The position numbers and the translations under genes were made by a program. This document shows positions 31,201 to 41,474 of a DNA stretch of 64,000 bases, in pieces; within the stretch, counting starts at the first letter, position 1; each line of letters opens with the position of its first letter. Origin of the DNA: an uncultured cyanobacterium (lineage in GTDB: Bacteria > Cyanobacteriota > Cyanobacteriia > PCC-9006 > JAAUQQ01); NCBI GenBank assembly GCA_963718615.1, contig OY970368.1, positions 1,216,001-1,280,000 on the forward strand. Direction: 5' to 3'. The notes under the pieces were generated by a model. It saw only the letters and a list, made by a program, of their open reading frames with translations, ran no database searches and had not been told where the DNA came from.

Positions 31201-33069
31201 TTAAGAGGGATGGTTATCTAGTGCCTGATCTAAGTTAAGGGCCGCACTAATGAGCGCAAGGTGAGTAAAAACTTGGGGAAAATTTCCTAAGGCTTGACCA
31301 TCTGGGCGGATCTCTTCTGCAAAAAGACCTAAATGATTAGACAGGCCCAAAAACTTTTCAAAAATAACTTGAGCCTGTTGACAGTAACAATGATCATGGC
31401 GGCCAGCACGGGTTAGCGCCTCGACTAACCATAGCGTGCAAAGGCTAAACGTGCCTTCTTCGCCGTCTACACCGGTACCCGCTTGGGCCGTGTTGTGCCG
31501 ATAAACCATATCATTGGCACATAGGCCCCCTTCCTCCAAGGGCTTGAGAACGGTCTCAATCATCTTCAACATGCGGGGATCTTGAGGGGCCAGAAAAAAG
31601 ACTAAGGACATAATTAAGTTGCTGGCATCTAGGGTTTGACTACCGTAGGACTGAACAAAGGACTGTTGTGATTCATCCCAACCTTTTTCCATCACTTCGC
31701 GATATATCTGATCTCGGTTCTGCATCCAGCGATCGCGAGGGTGAGGAAACGATCGCTTCTCGGCCAAGCGCAGTCCTCGATCCAAAGCCACCCAACACAT
31801 CACTTTGGAATGGACAAACTGTTTCTTTTCGTCCCTCGGCTCCCAAATGCTTTGGTCGGGTCGATGCCAGTTATCACAAAGCCAGTTGAGCATGCGTTCA
31901 ATATATTGCCAAAAGGTATAGGAAATCGGTTCACCATGCTTATTGTGGAGATAAACGGCATCCACAAAGGCACCATAGATATCGAGCTGAAACTGCTGAT
32001 AGGCTGCATTGCCTACTCGTACGGGATAGGAATCTTGATAGCCTTTGAGATGGGGGAGTAATCGCTCTGGCATTTCATGCTTACCGTCGATGGAATAGAC
32101 CACGTTAATCAGGCCATCGTCGGTACATTCTGCGCAGCGATCGCGAATCCAATGAATAAATTGGGCTGCTTCTTGGTTAAATCCTAAACGGATCAGCGCA
32201 TAAATAGCATAGGCTGAATCTCTGACCCAAACATAACGATAATCCCAGTTTAGGTCACTGCCGAGGCTCTCCGGCAGGCTGGTGGTTGGGGCTGCAATAA
32301 TGGCACCGGAGGGTCCATAGGTCAGCAATTTTAGCAAAAGCGCCGAGCGTTCAACGGCAGCTTGCCAACGACCTCGATAGGTAGATTGCGACAACCAATG
32401 CTGCCAATAATTAAGTGTTTGATCCAGTAGAGATTGAGCTTCTGAGTCGGAAAGAGGCTGAGGGTCAGGATCGGAGGGCTGACAGCGAGATTGTAGCATC
32501 AACACCACCATTTCACCCTTTGCGAGCTCAAAGTTGGCAACGACACCTGTTTGACTCTGTTCTAGGAAAAGTGAGGTTGACAGATCTACACAGTCAGATG
32601 CTGATATAAATTGAGCACCGTGGCAATGGAGCGTGGTTTCATGGGAGTCTTGGGCATAGTTGAATGCGGGAAAACAGTGGAGTTGAAACCGAACGCTTCC
32701 TCGTGTAGCCTTGACCATGCGAACGAGCGATCGCTGTGCGCGATGATGGGGATCTTCCAAACCCAGGGGCATAAAATCGATGATTTCACCACTGTTCTGA
32801 AGTCCCAAAAAGCGAGTAATTAAAACATTAGTACTGGGCCAGTAAAGCTGATGGGTTCGGAATGGCCTTGCTTCGCTATCGGATTCAGTCTCCTCAACTG
32901 GAGAAACCCGAAAGTAGCCGCCTTTCTCATCATCTAGAAGGGCAGCAAACATACTGGGAGAATCATGTTGGGGAGAACAAAGCCAGTCGATCGAACCATT
33001 TAAGCCGACCAGGGCAGTTGTATAGGTATTACCAATAATCCCGTATTGATCAAGGGATTGTTTAGCCAT
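31201..33069 (-). CDS. Glycoside hydrolase family 15 (trehalase/glucoamylase-like)
   Basis: GSIDWLC.P..DSPS.F, AAPTTSLPE, NWDYRY.WVRD, IWE.R, GLFAEE and GNFPQ.FTHL motifs. Confidence 0.94.
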   Translation of the reverse strand: MAKQSLDQYGIIGNTYTTALVGLNGSIDWLCSPQHDSPSMFAALLDDEKGGYFRVSPVEETESDSEARPFRTHQLYWPSTNVLITRFLGLQNSGEIIDFMPLGLEDPHHRAQRSLVRMVKATRGSVRFQLHCFPAFNYAQDSHETTLHCHGAQFISASDCVDLSTSLFLEQSQTGVVANFELAKGEMVVLMLQSRCQPSDPDPQPLSDSEAQSLLDQTLNYWQHWLSQSTYRGRWQAAVERSALLLKLLTYGPSGAIIAAPTTSLPESLGSDLNWDYRYVWVRDSAYAIYALIRLGFNQEAAQFIHWIRDRCAECTDDGLINVVYSIDGKHEMPERLLPHLKGYQDSYPVRVGNAAYQQFQLDIYGAFVDAVYLHNKHGEPISYTFWQYIERMLNWLCDNWHRPDQSIWEPRDEKKQFVHSKVMCWVALDRGLRLAEKRSFPHPRDRWMQNRDQIYREVMEKGWDESQQSFVQSYGSQTLDASNLIMSLVFFLAPQDPRMLKMIETVLKPLEEGGLCANDMVYRHNTAQAGTGVDGEEGTFSLCTLWLVEALTRAGRHDHCYCQQAQVIFEKFLGLSNHLGLFAEEIRPDGQALGNFPQVFTHLALISAALNLDQALDNHPS

Positions 33070-33142
33070 GGAGAGATTATCCTAAATTAGATTTGTCCTG
33101 AATGGGAATGATCCTGAACTGGTAAATTAGAATCATCCCAAA

Positions 33143-33637
33143 TTAAATCAATCGCTGCTGATCATTGAGCTGGGCCATTCGCCAAGTCGTATAGGTGCCA
33201 ATCGGCCCCCAGAGCAGGTAAGGTAGAAGCAAGGCAGCGGCTCCACCAGAAATTTGCAAAACCCACAGCATTAAGCCCAGCCCCCAGATACAGCCCGCTG
33301 CGCCGATCGCAGTTCCAATCAAGAGATTGTGAGACCACAACATGATAGGCGAATAGACAACAATTAGGACCTCTAGTACTACGTAGGCAGCCAGAATCCA
33401 GGGGGTTGAGGGGGCATCGGGTTGGATTTGCCAGATGCTATGAGCCGAAAAGGCACCACAAACAAAAATAATGCTCCAGATGACAGGAATAAGCTTCTCA
33501 AAGGTTAACCATTGAGGACGTTCTAGACGGCGAAACCAACGAATGTCTTTGGGGCGTAAAATATTGGCAAAAAGAGCAATTAGTAGCGTAACTCCCCCAA
33601 TTACCATCCAAGGTTTAATCATGGTAAGTCTCTCCAC
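33143..33637 (-). CDS. TspO/MBR tryptophan-rich sensory protein
   Basis: WF..L.RP.W, IPVIW, LLLPYLLW; five hydrophobic segments. Confidence 0.88.
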   Translation of the reverse strand: MERLTMIKPWMVIGGVTLLIALFANILRPKDIRWFRRLERPQWLTFEKLIPVIWSIIFVCGAFSAHSIWQIQPDAPSTPWILAAYVVLEVLIVVYSPIMLWSHNLLIGTAIGAAGCIWGLGLMLWVLQISGGAAALLLPYLLWGPIGTYTTWRMAQLNDQQRLI

Positions 33638-33643
33638 AAACGG

Positions 33644-34444
33644 TTAGGTAATAGAATGGCGAAAGCCTGGATAGAGCGTTAGACCACCGTCAATAAATAA
33701 CGTTTGCCCAGTAATATAAGCAGCCTCAGATGAGGCTAAAAACGCCGCTGCTGCCGCCATCTCCTCCGGCTGACCTGCTCGACCCATGGGTACAAAATCA
33801 GCAATTTCTTGCCGCCCCCCCGGTTCTTCTGCCCAGTCATTGATGGGCGTAAGGGTTGCACCGGGAGCGATCGAGTTGATCCGAATGCGATCGCGTGCAT
33901 ATTCCAGGGCTAAGGTTTTTGTCATATTTTCTAACCCTCCTTTGCTGACGCTATAGCTCAGATATTGGGGTCGAGGAATAATCTCATGAACACTAGAATT
34001 GTTAATGATCACACCGGCTCGATTTTCAGCTAACCATGCCCGAATTGCCTGACGCGAACACAGAAAAGCCCCTCTCAAGTTGACGCCTAGAACCTTATCA
34101 AATGAGTCTATTTCAACTTTGTCAGAAGGAGATTCGATCTGTATGCCTGCGTTGTTGATCAAGATATCCAGCGAGTCTAGCTTTTGATGGGTAATCAAAA
34201 ACATTTTTTCGATGTCGGGGACCTGGGTAATATCTGCTTGGATTAGAAAATGCTGGGTTGTCGGATAGTTAGCGGCGATCGCACAGCCATACACTTCTTT
34301 CAATACCGCTTCCGCTTGCTCCCGATTAGAGTGGTAATTAATGGCAACGTTGGCTCCTTCTTGGGCAAAACGAAGGGCGATCGCCTTGCCAATACCAGAT
34401 GCACCCCCGGTGACTAAAACATTTTTCTGTTGTAGTCCTTTCAT
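33644..34444 (-). CDS. Glucose 1-dehydrogenase-like SDR
   Basis: TGGASGIG, NNAGIQ, SSVHEIIP, YSVSKGG, TLALEYA and ITGQTLFIDGGLTLYP motifs. Confidence 0.88.
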   Translation of the reverse strand: MKGLQQKNVLVTGGASGIGKAIALRFAQEGANVAINYHSNREQAEAVLKEVYGCAIAANYPTTQHFLIQADITQVPDIEKMFLITHQKLDSLDILINNAGIQIESPSDKVEIDSFDKVLGVNLRGAFLCSRQAIRAWLAENRAGVIINNSSVHEIIPRPQYLSYSVSKGGLENMTKTLALEYARDRIRINSIAPGATLTPINDWAEEPGGRQEIADFVPMGRAGQPEEMAAAAAFLASSEAAYITGQTLFIDGGLTLYPGFRHSIT

Positions 34445-34532
34445 GAATCCCTCATCAGCATGATTAGCTGCGCCAAATAGAATTGAGCCAAATCGGATTG
34501 GGCTAAGTACTATTATTAATCAAACAATCAAA

Positions 34533-35321
34533 CTACTGATCCGTCATCGGATAAACTTCCGTAGCCACCAAAACCGGACGTTGGCTGTATTCTGCTTCGA
34601 GCTTTTGCTTAACGCCTTGGTCCCAAGTCCAATCATAGTCTCGATCGAACTCGCTGATGATGAAGGGACGGATCTGGCCTGTGACTACCACTCGATTTCC
34701 CTCAGTAGATTGATTTAAGGGTTGTCCCAGAACTAATAGGTCTTGACCCCCAAATAGCTGTTCTTCATCAATCGTAAAGGCTTGCGCGTCGTAAATCTCG
34801 TTAATATCCCCTTCGATCGCGATCGTTTGGTTATAGAAGGCGCTAGGATTTTCGGAAATTTTTGCAGGGTCTGGGGCGAGGGCAAGGGATTGGGCAACGA
34901 TGACCGGCTTCTCTCGATAGGCATCGTAGAATTGGTCATTTAAATCAAGATTGTATTGCTGTGCTAGTTCAGGCGAAAGGACCGGCATGACCTCACCTGA
35001 AATCTGCACCTCGGTGCCGTCACTGGGAATTACAAAGGGGTCTGTAGTTGCATTAACCACGAGCACTGCGCCGTCGCTAAAGACTCTGGGGTCAGAAACT
35101 GAAAAGACGCTATCGCCGAGAACCTGCTCTGGAGCGCTGCGAATGGTAACCAATTGCCCTGAAATGGCGTCGGGGAGATCAACGACTTCTTCTGTGGTGA
35201 CATTTGTGCCAACATCAGCGAGTTCATCATTGGCCTGTCCGCAGCTTCCCAGCAAGGATAGGCTGCCGACGAGCGCGATTAGACCTAAAAGACTGAGAGT
35301 CTTTTGTTGGGTAAAAAGCAT
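34533..35321 (-). CDS. Acidic lipoprotein with two tandem OB-fold-like repeats
   Basis: Lipobox LLGSC. The two halves share P....GQ.V.I....F...D...F....LV, V...G...P and Y...PV.VA. Confidence 0.65.
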   Translation of the reverse strand: MLFTQQKTLSLLGLIALVGSLSLLGSCGQANDELADVGTNVTTEEVVDLPDAISGQLVTIRSAPEQVLGDSVFSVSDPRVFSDGAVLVVNATTDPFVIPSDGTEVQISGEVMPVLSPELAQQYNLDLNDQFYDAYREKPVIVAQSLALAPDPAKISENPSAFYNQTIAIEGDINEIYDAQAFTIDEEQLFGGQDLLVLGQPLNQSTEGNRVVVTGQIRPFIISEFDRDYDWTWDQGVKQKLEAEYSQRPVLVATEVYPMTDQ

Positions 35322-35527
35322 AGGTTTTCATGTCCTGTTGTTCAAGTCTATTAGTTGAAATTTTAGAAAAGTTTTGGGCGATCGCGAACCTTCATAAAGC
35401 AAGAGTTTGTCGAGATAAATCTCTGTCCAAAGAAGGGAACGAAAAGAAAAAAGGGAACTGGGATATCCCAATTCCCCTAGGGGTGTGTGGTGGGGTGAAA
35501 TCTAAATGGTGGGGTTGATGCTTGTCA

Positions 35528-36487
35528 CTAGCCGGCAATATAGGACTGGAATTGGGATGCCCGATTGCGCAGTTGACGTAGACCTTCCCGTTCAATTTGC
35601 CGGACGCGCTCACGGCTTAGGTCTAACGTCGAACCAATCTTTGCTAGAGTCATGGGCTGATTGTTTTCTAAGCCATAGCGGAGTTTTAGAACGGTCTGTT
35701 GCTGAGGACTTAGGGTTTCTAGAACCTCTTTGAGATCGCTGGCTAAAGAGGTCTGAATTACATAGTCTTCGGGGACATGCTCTTCGTCTTCTAGTAATTC
35801 GCTCAACTGCGTATCTTGGTTCTCTCCCACGCGCATGTCCAGGGAGATTGGCTGTCTAAGATAGTTTAAATATTCCCGCACCTGCTTAGGCTCGACATCC
35901 AGTGCCTCTGCCAGTTCCTTGGCGCTGGGCGTATGCTGGAGTTGCTGTGCCAGCTCCCGTTGGGCGCGTTTGAGCCGATTGAGCTTTTCCGTGACATGGA
36001 TGGGGAGACGAATTGCTCTACCTTTTTCTGCGATCGCCCGCGTCACCCCCTGCCGAATCCACCAGTAGGCATAGGTGGAAAAACGATATCCCTTAGAGGG
36101 ATCAAATTTCTCAACCGCCCGCTGTAAACCGATGGTTCCCTCTTGGATCAAATCCAAAAGTTCCAAATTTCGCTTGACGTATTTCTTGGCGATCGAAACC
36201 ACAAGACGCAGATTTGATTCGACCATTACCCTTTTTGCTGCATCGCTTTCGTCTAGGGTCTTTTCCAAGGTATCTACTGTTAGATGTGCGGCAGTGGCAA
36301 ATTCTTCTAGATTGGGTTCGTGCCCTAGCTGCTCAGCCAAATGAGCTTTGAGCGCCTGCAATTCCACGCCATGCTGCACTAGGCGGCTGTAGTGAACCTC
36401 TTGATCTTGGGTCAAGAGCGGAATTCGACCAATCGATTGGAGGTAAAACCGGATTGAGTCAGTGCCAGTGTTCATAGTCGCGGTCAT
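35528..36487 (-). CDS. Group 2 RNA polymerase sigma factor (SigB-like)
   Basis: YL..IGRIPLLT, NLRLVVSIAKKY, DLIQEG, KFDP.KGYRFSTYAYWWIRQ and LSRERVRQIE motifs; no region 1.1. Confidence 0.93.
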   Translation of the reverse strand: MTATMNTGTDSIRFYLQSIGRIPLLTQDQEVHYSRLVQHGVELQALKAHLAEQLGHEPNLEEFATAAHLTVDTLEKTLDESDAAKRVMVESNLRLVVSIAKKYVKRNLELLDLIQEGTIGLQRAVEKFDPSKGYRFSTYAYWWIRQGVTRAIAEKGRAIRLPIHVTEKLNRLKRAQRELAQQLQHTPSAKELAEALDVEPKQVREYLNYLRQPISLDMRVGENQDTQLSELLEDEEHVPEDYVIQTSLASDLKEVLETLSPQQQTVLKLRYGLENNQPMTLAKIGSTLDLSRERVRQIEREGLRQLRNRASQFQSYIAG

Positions 36488-36639
36488 CGATTCTTTACCC
36501 TAAACGATTGCTGCCACACAGTCTGCCTGAGTTTGCTTGCCTGGGCTTGCTTGCCTGGGCTTGCTTGAGCCGGTTTGCTTGGGCTCTATCCTGCGTCTCC
36601 GTGTTGCTGCCATTGTCCGATAGTTCAGGGCTAGCGCAA

Positions 36640-36655
36640 TCTTTCTAGAGACGGA
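36640..36655. promoter_or_regulatory. 16-bp inverted-repeat motif upstream of the sigma factor (candidate OrrA box)
   Basis: TCTTTC-TAGA-GACGGA; the same pattern recurs in many island promoters (see findings). Confidence 0.55.
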
Positions 36656-36725
36656 ATCGGGAGCCTCGGTGTCTATACCTGTGCTCTGATGAGGACCAAT
36701 TTTATGGCCGTCTTGATGGTCGTCT

Positions 36726-37901
36726 TTAGGAGGACTGTCGATGGATCGGCAACAGGACCGTAAAGGTACTGCCATCCCCCGGTTGCGAGCTGAGACTAAT
36801 CTGACCCTGATGGGCTTCGACGATGCGCTGGGTGAGATGCAGTCCCAAACCGCTGCCCGCTCGCATATGTTCACCCTGACGAAAGCGCTCAAAAATTTTC
36901 TGCTGTTCTTCCAGCGGAATGCCAGGTCCTGTATCGGCAACGACGACCGCAATCATCGGCTCTGCGGGGGCTTGATCGGTTTGTGACCTGCCTGGTTGCG
37001 ATTCATCCAGTTGCGATTCATCCAGTTGCAATTCATAACGCAGCTCAATTCCCCCAGCGTCGCTAAACTTAATGGCATTGCCAATCAAGTTGGTAATGAC
37101 CCGACGCAGCTCTAGGCGATCGCCCCAAACCCAACTGTCTTCCTCATCCATCGCGCCAACACAGAGCTTGAGCGTCAGCGATTTCTCCTGGGCCAAGGGC
37201 TCCAGCTCTTTGACCACCTCTTCGGCGACCTCTAGCAATTTAACGCGACTAAAGGCCATTTCCTTTTGACCAGCATCATGGCGATAGACCTCTAGGAGCG
37301 TATTCGCCATCTTGAGCAGGTTGTCGTTGTTTTGGATGACATTGCTCAGCATCTCCTCTAAGGGGGTAGAAATATTGCCAAAACAACCCTCCACACAAAG
37401 CTGCAAGACGCGGTTGGCTGCAACCAGAGGCGTCCGCAAATCATGGGTAAGCCGCGCCACAAAATCATCTTGCTGACGCATCATGGCCGTTTGGTTATCA
37501 ATACTGGTTTTGAGGCGCAGGAGCGATCGCACCCGTGCCTTGAGTTCATCCAACGAAACGGGTTTACGGATAAAATCATCGGCTCCGGCATCAAGACCCT
37601 CGACAACGCTCGTGGCATCGTGGGCCGTGATCAGCAAAATGGGAATGTAGGGCAAATTGGGATTGGCTCGAATCCGCCGGGTGACCTCATAGCCATCCAT
37701 TTCCGGCATCATCACATCTAGCAGAATGAGGGCCGGGGGATTTTGGGCGATCGCTTCCAGTGCCGCTGAGCCCCGTTCAAAACAGGAAAGGGAATAAGCC
37801 GCTTCATCCCCGAGCATGGCCTCTAGCAAAAACAGGTTGTCGCTGACATCATCAACCGCAAAAATCTGATGTATGGGGGAGGGGGGAACTAACGTTTCCA
37901 A
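36726..37901 (-). CDS. Hybrid histidine kinase (REC-HisKA-HATPase)
   Basis: VDD, LLDVMMP and KP receiver motifs; LTHDLRTPL; NLIGNAIKF; DTGPGI; GSGLGL. Confidence 0.93.
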   Translation of the reverse strand: METLVPPSPIHQIFAVDDVSDNLFLLEAMLGDEAAYSLSCFERGSAALEAIAQNPPALILLDVMMPEMDGYEVTRRIRANPNLPYIPILLITAHDATSVVEGLDAGADDFIRKPVSLDELKARVRSLLRLKTSIDNQTAMMRQQDDFVARLTHDLRTPLVAANRVLQLCVEGCFGNISTPLEEMLSNVIQNNDNLLKMANTLLEVYRHDAGQKEMAFSRVKLLEVAEEVVKELEPLAQEKSLTLKLCVGAMDEEDSWVWGDRLELRRVITNLIGNAIKFSDAGGIELRYELQLDESQLDESQPGRSQTDQAPAEPMIAVVVADTGPGIPLEEQQKIFERFRQGEHMRAGSGLGLHLTQRIVEAHQGQISLSSQPGDGSTFTVLLPIHRQSS

Positions 37902-38111
37902 GGTTTATGCTCCGACACAGATAACAGCGTTTGATGACAAGTTGAGCACAGGACTATCCAGCATTGTTGTCAAAGTAGTCAAAGGCACAGTCTTCAACCA
38001 TTAGAATAACAAAATGGCCACATCATCCTCTATCGTAGGGCAGATGTCGTTGTGCAGATATTTTGTAGGGCGGGGTTTTTGACGTTCCGTTATATCTGTA
38101 CGGAGAATCGT

Positions 38112-39338
38112 TCAATCGGCTGCTTGACTCTTAATGTGGCGAGGGATGCAAATTCGAAAGGTGGAACCCTTGCCCAAAACGCTCTCTACCGTGATGGTGC
38201 CATCCATCATCTCAACCAGAGCGCGGGTAATCGCGAGGCCCAGCCCTGTACCTGGACGGTGCCGTCGCACCGACTGATCGAGTTGCCGAAAGGCCTCGAA
38301 AATATGGTCGAGTTGTTCTGGGGCAATGCCGATGCCCGTATCTCGGACCTCGATCTGGATGGAATCGGCCTCGGTGAGGGAAGTGCTCACCCCCACGAGA
38401 ATGCTCCCTTGCTCGGTAAATTTGATCGCGTTCGAAATGAGGTTGATCAAAATTTGTTTGATTCGCAGGGGGTCGTTGGTGAGCTGCAAATCCGTTAGGT
38501 TGGTTTCCAGGGTTAGGGTTAGTGCTTTGGTCCGGGCCAGCGATCGCAATTCTTCCAAGGTTTCGTGAACAACTTCGCTCAAGTCAAAGGTTTGCGGTAC
38601 TAGTTGCATGCGGCCTGCCTCGATCTTAGAGAAATCCAGCAGGTCTGTAATTAATGCGAGTAAATGCTCACCATTGCTCAAGATCCGATTGACCATATTG
38701 AGCTGATAGCCACTCAGAGCGCCTTGGCTCTGGCGAGCGAGTACCTGGGAAAACCCAATAATGGCGTTCATCGGGGTTCGGAGCTCGTGGGAAACGGTGG
38801 CAATAAACTCTGATTTTAGCCGAGCCGCTTCGATCAGCTGAAGGTTTTGGACCTGAATTTGACGTTTTTGACGCTCTAGTTCAACATTCTGAATCCGCAG
38901 GAGGGCATTGCTTTCTCGGAGCTGCTCTTGGATGCTGATAGCCCGCTCCTCGGCGCGATAGAGCCGTAGCGATCGCAACACCATCTGACTAATTTGTGCC
39001 GGGGAAATTCGCGTTTTGTTGAGATAATCCGAGGCCCCTGCCTTCATTAATTCCACAGCGACTTGTTCATCGCTTTGCCCTGTTAAGACTAAAATGGGAA
39101 CCCGCATCCCTCGTGCCCGCAGGGTCTTGAGCAAACTCAGACCATCTTGGTCCGGCAAATAATAGTCGATAAACGCACAGTCAAAGGTCTCTTGCTCAAT
39201 CACCGCCAGGGCCGATTGGGCATTGGTGGCTTCTTTCCAATCAAATTGAAACCCACCCTTGCGAAGGGCTCGCTGGAGGGTCATCCGATCGACTTCATCG
39301 TCGTCCACAATCAAGAATCGAAACGTTTCCTTTAGCAT
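38112..39338 (-). CDS. Hybrid histidine kinase (REC-coiled coil-HisKA-HATPase)
   Basis: VDDDEVDR, IDYYLPD; SHELRTPMN; NLISNAIKFT; DTGIGI; GTGLGL. Confidence 0.93.
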   Translation of the reverse strand: MLKETFRFLIVDDDEVDRMTLQRALRKGGFQFDWKEATNAQSALAVIEQETFDCAFIDYYLPDQDGLSLLKTLRARGMRVPILVLTGQSDEQVAVELMKAGASDYLNKTRISPAQISQMVLRSLRLYRAEERAISIQEQLRESNALLRIQNVELERQKRQIQVQNLQLIEAARLKSEFIATVSHELRTPMNAIIGFSQVLARQSQGALSGYQLNMVNRILSNGEHLLALITDLLDFSKIEAGRMQLVPQTFDLSEVVHETLEELRSLARTKALTLTLETNLTDLQLTNDPLRIKQILINLISNAIKFTEQGSILVGVSTSLTEADSIQIEVRDTGIGIAPEQLDHIFEAFRQLDQSVRRHRPGTGLGLAITRALVEMMDGTITVESVLGKGSTFRICIPRHIKSQAAD

Positions 39339-39353
39339 GAACCAAAAGACGTA

Positions 39354-39839
39354 TCAGGGCAGTTCACAGATCGACCAATAGTGGCTGAGCGTAGCCACGA
39401 CGGTGGAAAAATTGGAAAAGGTGACCGGTTTGAGGATATACCCGGCCACATTAAGACGATAGGCTTCAACGCGATCGCAATCTTCATTGGATGTCGTCAA
39501 AACAATAACCGGAATAAACTGTAGCTGCGGATCACGCCGCAGCTCCTGCAAAAATTCAATTCCTCCCATCCTGGGCATATTTAGATCTAGAAGAATGAGT
39601 AAATGCCGAGTCGATAGCTTGGGGATTTCCGCTGCCTCTCCATGCAGCGCATCCATTGCCTCAGCCTCAGCTTCAGACTGACCTCTTAATCGTTGTAACG
39701 CCTCTACGCCATCTCCTGCCACAAATAATGGATTTGGCAGGTGATTTTTGGTAAAGGCTCGTCGTACATTCATAACATCCACCGCATCATCTTCGACTAG
39801 AAGGATGTTCATGGCTTTTGGGTACGCAGAGGTTTGCAT
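39354..39839 (-). CDS. Single-domain response regulator (Rcp1-like)
   Basis: ILLVEDD..D, LLDLNMPRM.G.EFL, VLTTS, YILKP and terminal YW...ELP. Confidence 0.92.
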   Translation of the reverse strand: MQTSAYPKAMNILLVEDDAVDVMNVRRAFTKNHLPNPLFVAGDGVEALQRLRGQSEAEAEAMDALHGEAAEIPKLSTRHLLILLDLNMPRMGGIEFLQELRRDPQLQFIPVIVLTTSNEDCDRVEAYRLNVAGYILKPVTFSNFSTVVATLSHYWSICELP

Positions 39840-39907
39840 TTTAGGTTAGAACAGGAGGGCAACGAAAAGCAAACTCCAGGCATCGTACCGCAATCCCCTA
39901 CCTTTTG

Positions 39908-39946
39908 AATGAGTAGTTTAAATGAGTAGTTTAAATGAGTAGTTTG
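39908..39946. repeat. 3 x 13-bp tandem repeat AATGAGTAGTTT(A/G)
   Basis: Read directly, immediately past the CHASE3 kinase stop codon. Confidence 0.9.
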
Positions 39947-39948
39947 AA

Positions 39949-41427
39949 TTAGTGTTTAGGCCAGGTAAAGTAAAATGTACTTCCTCCCCCGGATTTGGCT
40001 TCAAGGCCGACTATGCCTCCCTCTGCTTCGATAATCTTCTTAATAATCGCAAGCCCCACGCCCGTACTTTCAAAGGTGTCACGAGCCTGGAGCGTTTGAA
40101 AAATTTCAAATATCTTCTGATGATATTCGGGTGCAATTCCGGGTCCATTATCTGATACCTCAAAGCGATAAAATGCTCCTGCGGGTGCTACCGCGATGTG
40201 AACGGTCTTTTTCGGATTAGGATTATGTTTAATCGCATTGCCGATCAAATTATTAAAAACCTGCCATAGCAATAAAGGTCGAGTTCGAATTTTTGGCATG
40301 TTAGGATCTTGGGTGATGATGACATCCTCGGTAACAGATTCTGTTACCGATAGCGTATCGATTACATCGGCAATCACATCTGCAACAGCAACTTGCTCGA
40401 CTTCAAGCCGCTGACGTCCGATGCGAGAATAGTCTAATAGTCCATTTAATAATGCCTCTAGTCGATAAACCCGTCCCCGCAACAGCTCCATCTGATGACG
40501 GTTGTCCGGTGGTAAAAGTTCACCAATGTCCTCTTCAATCCATTCGGAAAGATTGGCGATCGCCCGCAAAGGCGCTTTTAAATCATGGGAAGCAACATAG
40601 GCAAACCGATCCAACTCCTGGTTTTGTTTTTCCAAATTTCGATTGGTTTGGGTGAGCATGGCCGTTAAACGAGACAGCTCATCTGCACGGGAGATGAGCT
40701 CCCGCTCTAAATATCGAAATAGTAAAAGTGCTCCGATACAACTGGCCAAACTCACTAAAGCGAGCGTCCCGATCAGCAGGGTTGTCCACTGCTGAGTGCG
40801 AATGTTCGCGGCTTGACGCCGACGTAGTAAAGAGCGTTCCTCCGCCTCAAAAACGTCAAGGAGCTGACGGATTTTGTCCATCCGGTTTTCCCCTTCGATA
40901 ATGAGACGCTCTATCTCTGGAACAATGAGGATTGGGCCGACTGAATTATCCCGCCAATTGCTTTGAAGGGTGACCAGCACCTCTAGCTTATCCTGAATGG
41001 CTTTATCCGTTTCCTGGAGTCGTGCCCGTTGTCTAGGATTGTCTCGCGTCGCATCCTGTAACCGTTGCAATCGCTTCTGAAGTTCTTTCTCCTCGGTTTG
41101 ATAGGGGACTAAAAATTGTGGATTACCGCTGATGACATAGCCTCGAATACCAGTTTCTGCATTGAGCAAACTCAACCGCAGGCGATAGCTATCAGTCAAA
41201 ATAGCTTGGGTATGGTCAACCCAACTGCCTGCCACGACAATACTGCGGCGGGTGAGCACCCAGGCACCAAAGGTTGCGACCAAGCAAATCAATGGAATGG
41301 CCAAGACCAAAGCCCCACGATGGCGAACGGGAAGCCTTTTCCAAAGGCTCCAAGCGCGCTGTTGTGTTTGGCGGATCGCATGCATGGGCCAATTTTGCCA
41401 TGCGACCTCCAATCCTGTCTCTACCAA
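39949..41427 (-). CDS. Membrane sensor histidine kinase with CHASE3 domain
   Basis: TM, then WV.HT..I...NAETG.RGY..SG...FL.PY (CHASE3), a second TM, FAYVASHDLKAPLR and NLIGNAIKH. Start is uncertain. Confidence 0.92.
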   Translation of the reverse strand: MVETGLEVAWQNWPMHAIRQTQQRAWSLWKRLPVRHRGALVLAIPLICLVATFGAWVLTRRSIVVAGSWVDHTQAILTDSYRLRLSLLNAETGIRGYVISGNPQFLVPYQTEEKELQKRLQRLQDATRDNPRQRARLQETDKAIQDKLEVLVTLQSNWRDNSVGPILIVPEIERLIIEGENRMDKIRQLLDVFEAEERSLLRRRQAANIRTQQWTTLLIGTLALVSLASCIGALLLFRYLERELISRADELSRLTAMLTQTNRNLEKQNQELDRFAYVASHDLKAPLRAIANLSEWIEEDIGELLPPDNRHQMELLRGRVYRLEALLNGLLDYSRIGRQRLEVEQVAVADVIADVIDTLSVTESVTEDVIITQDPNMPKIRTRPLLLWQVFNNLIGNAIKHNPNPKKTVHIAVAPAGAFYRFEVSDNGPGIAPEYHQKIFEIFQTLQARDTFESTGVGLAIIKKIIEAEGGIVGLEAKSGGGSTFYFTWPKH

Positions 41428-41474
41428 AATGTGGATTTAGCGGGATACCGGAAGAGCGGGCGGAAACGTTAACG

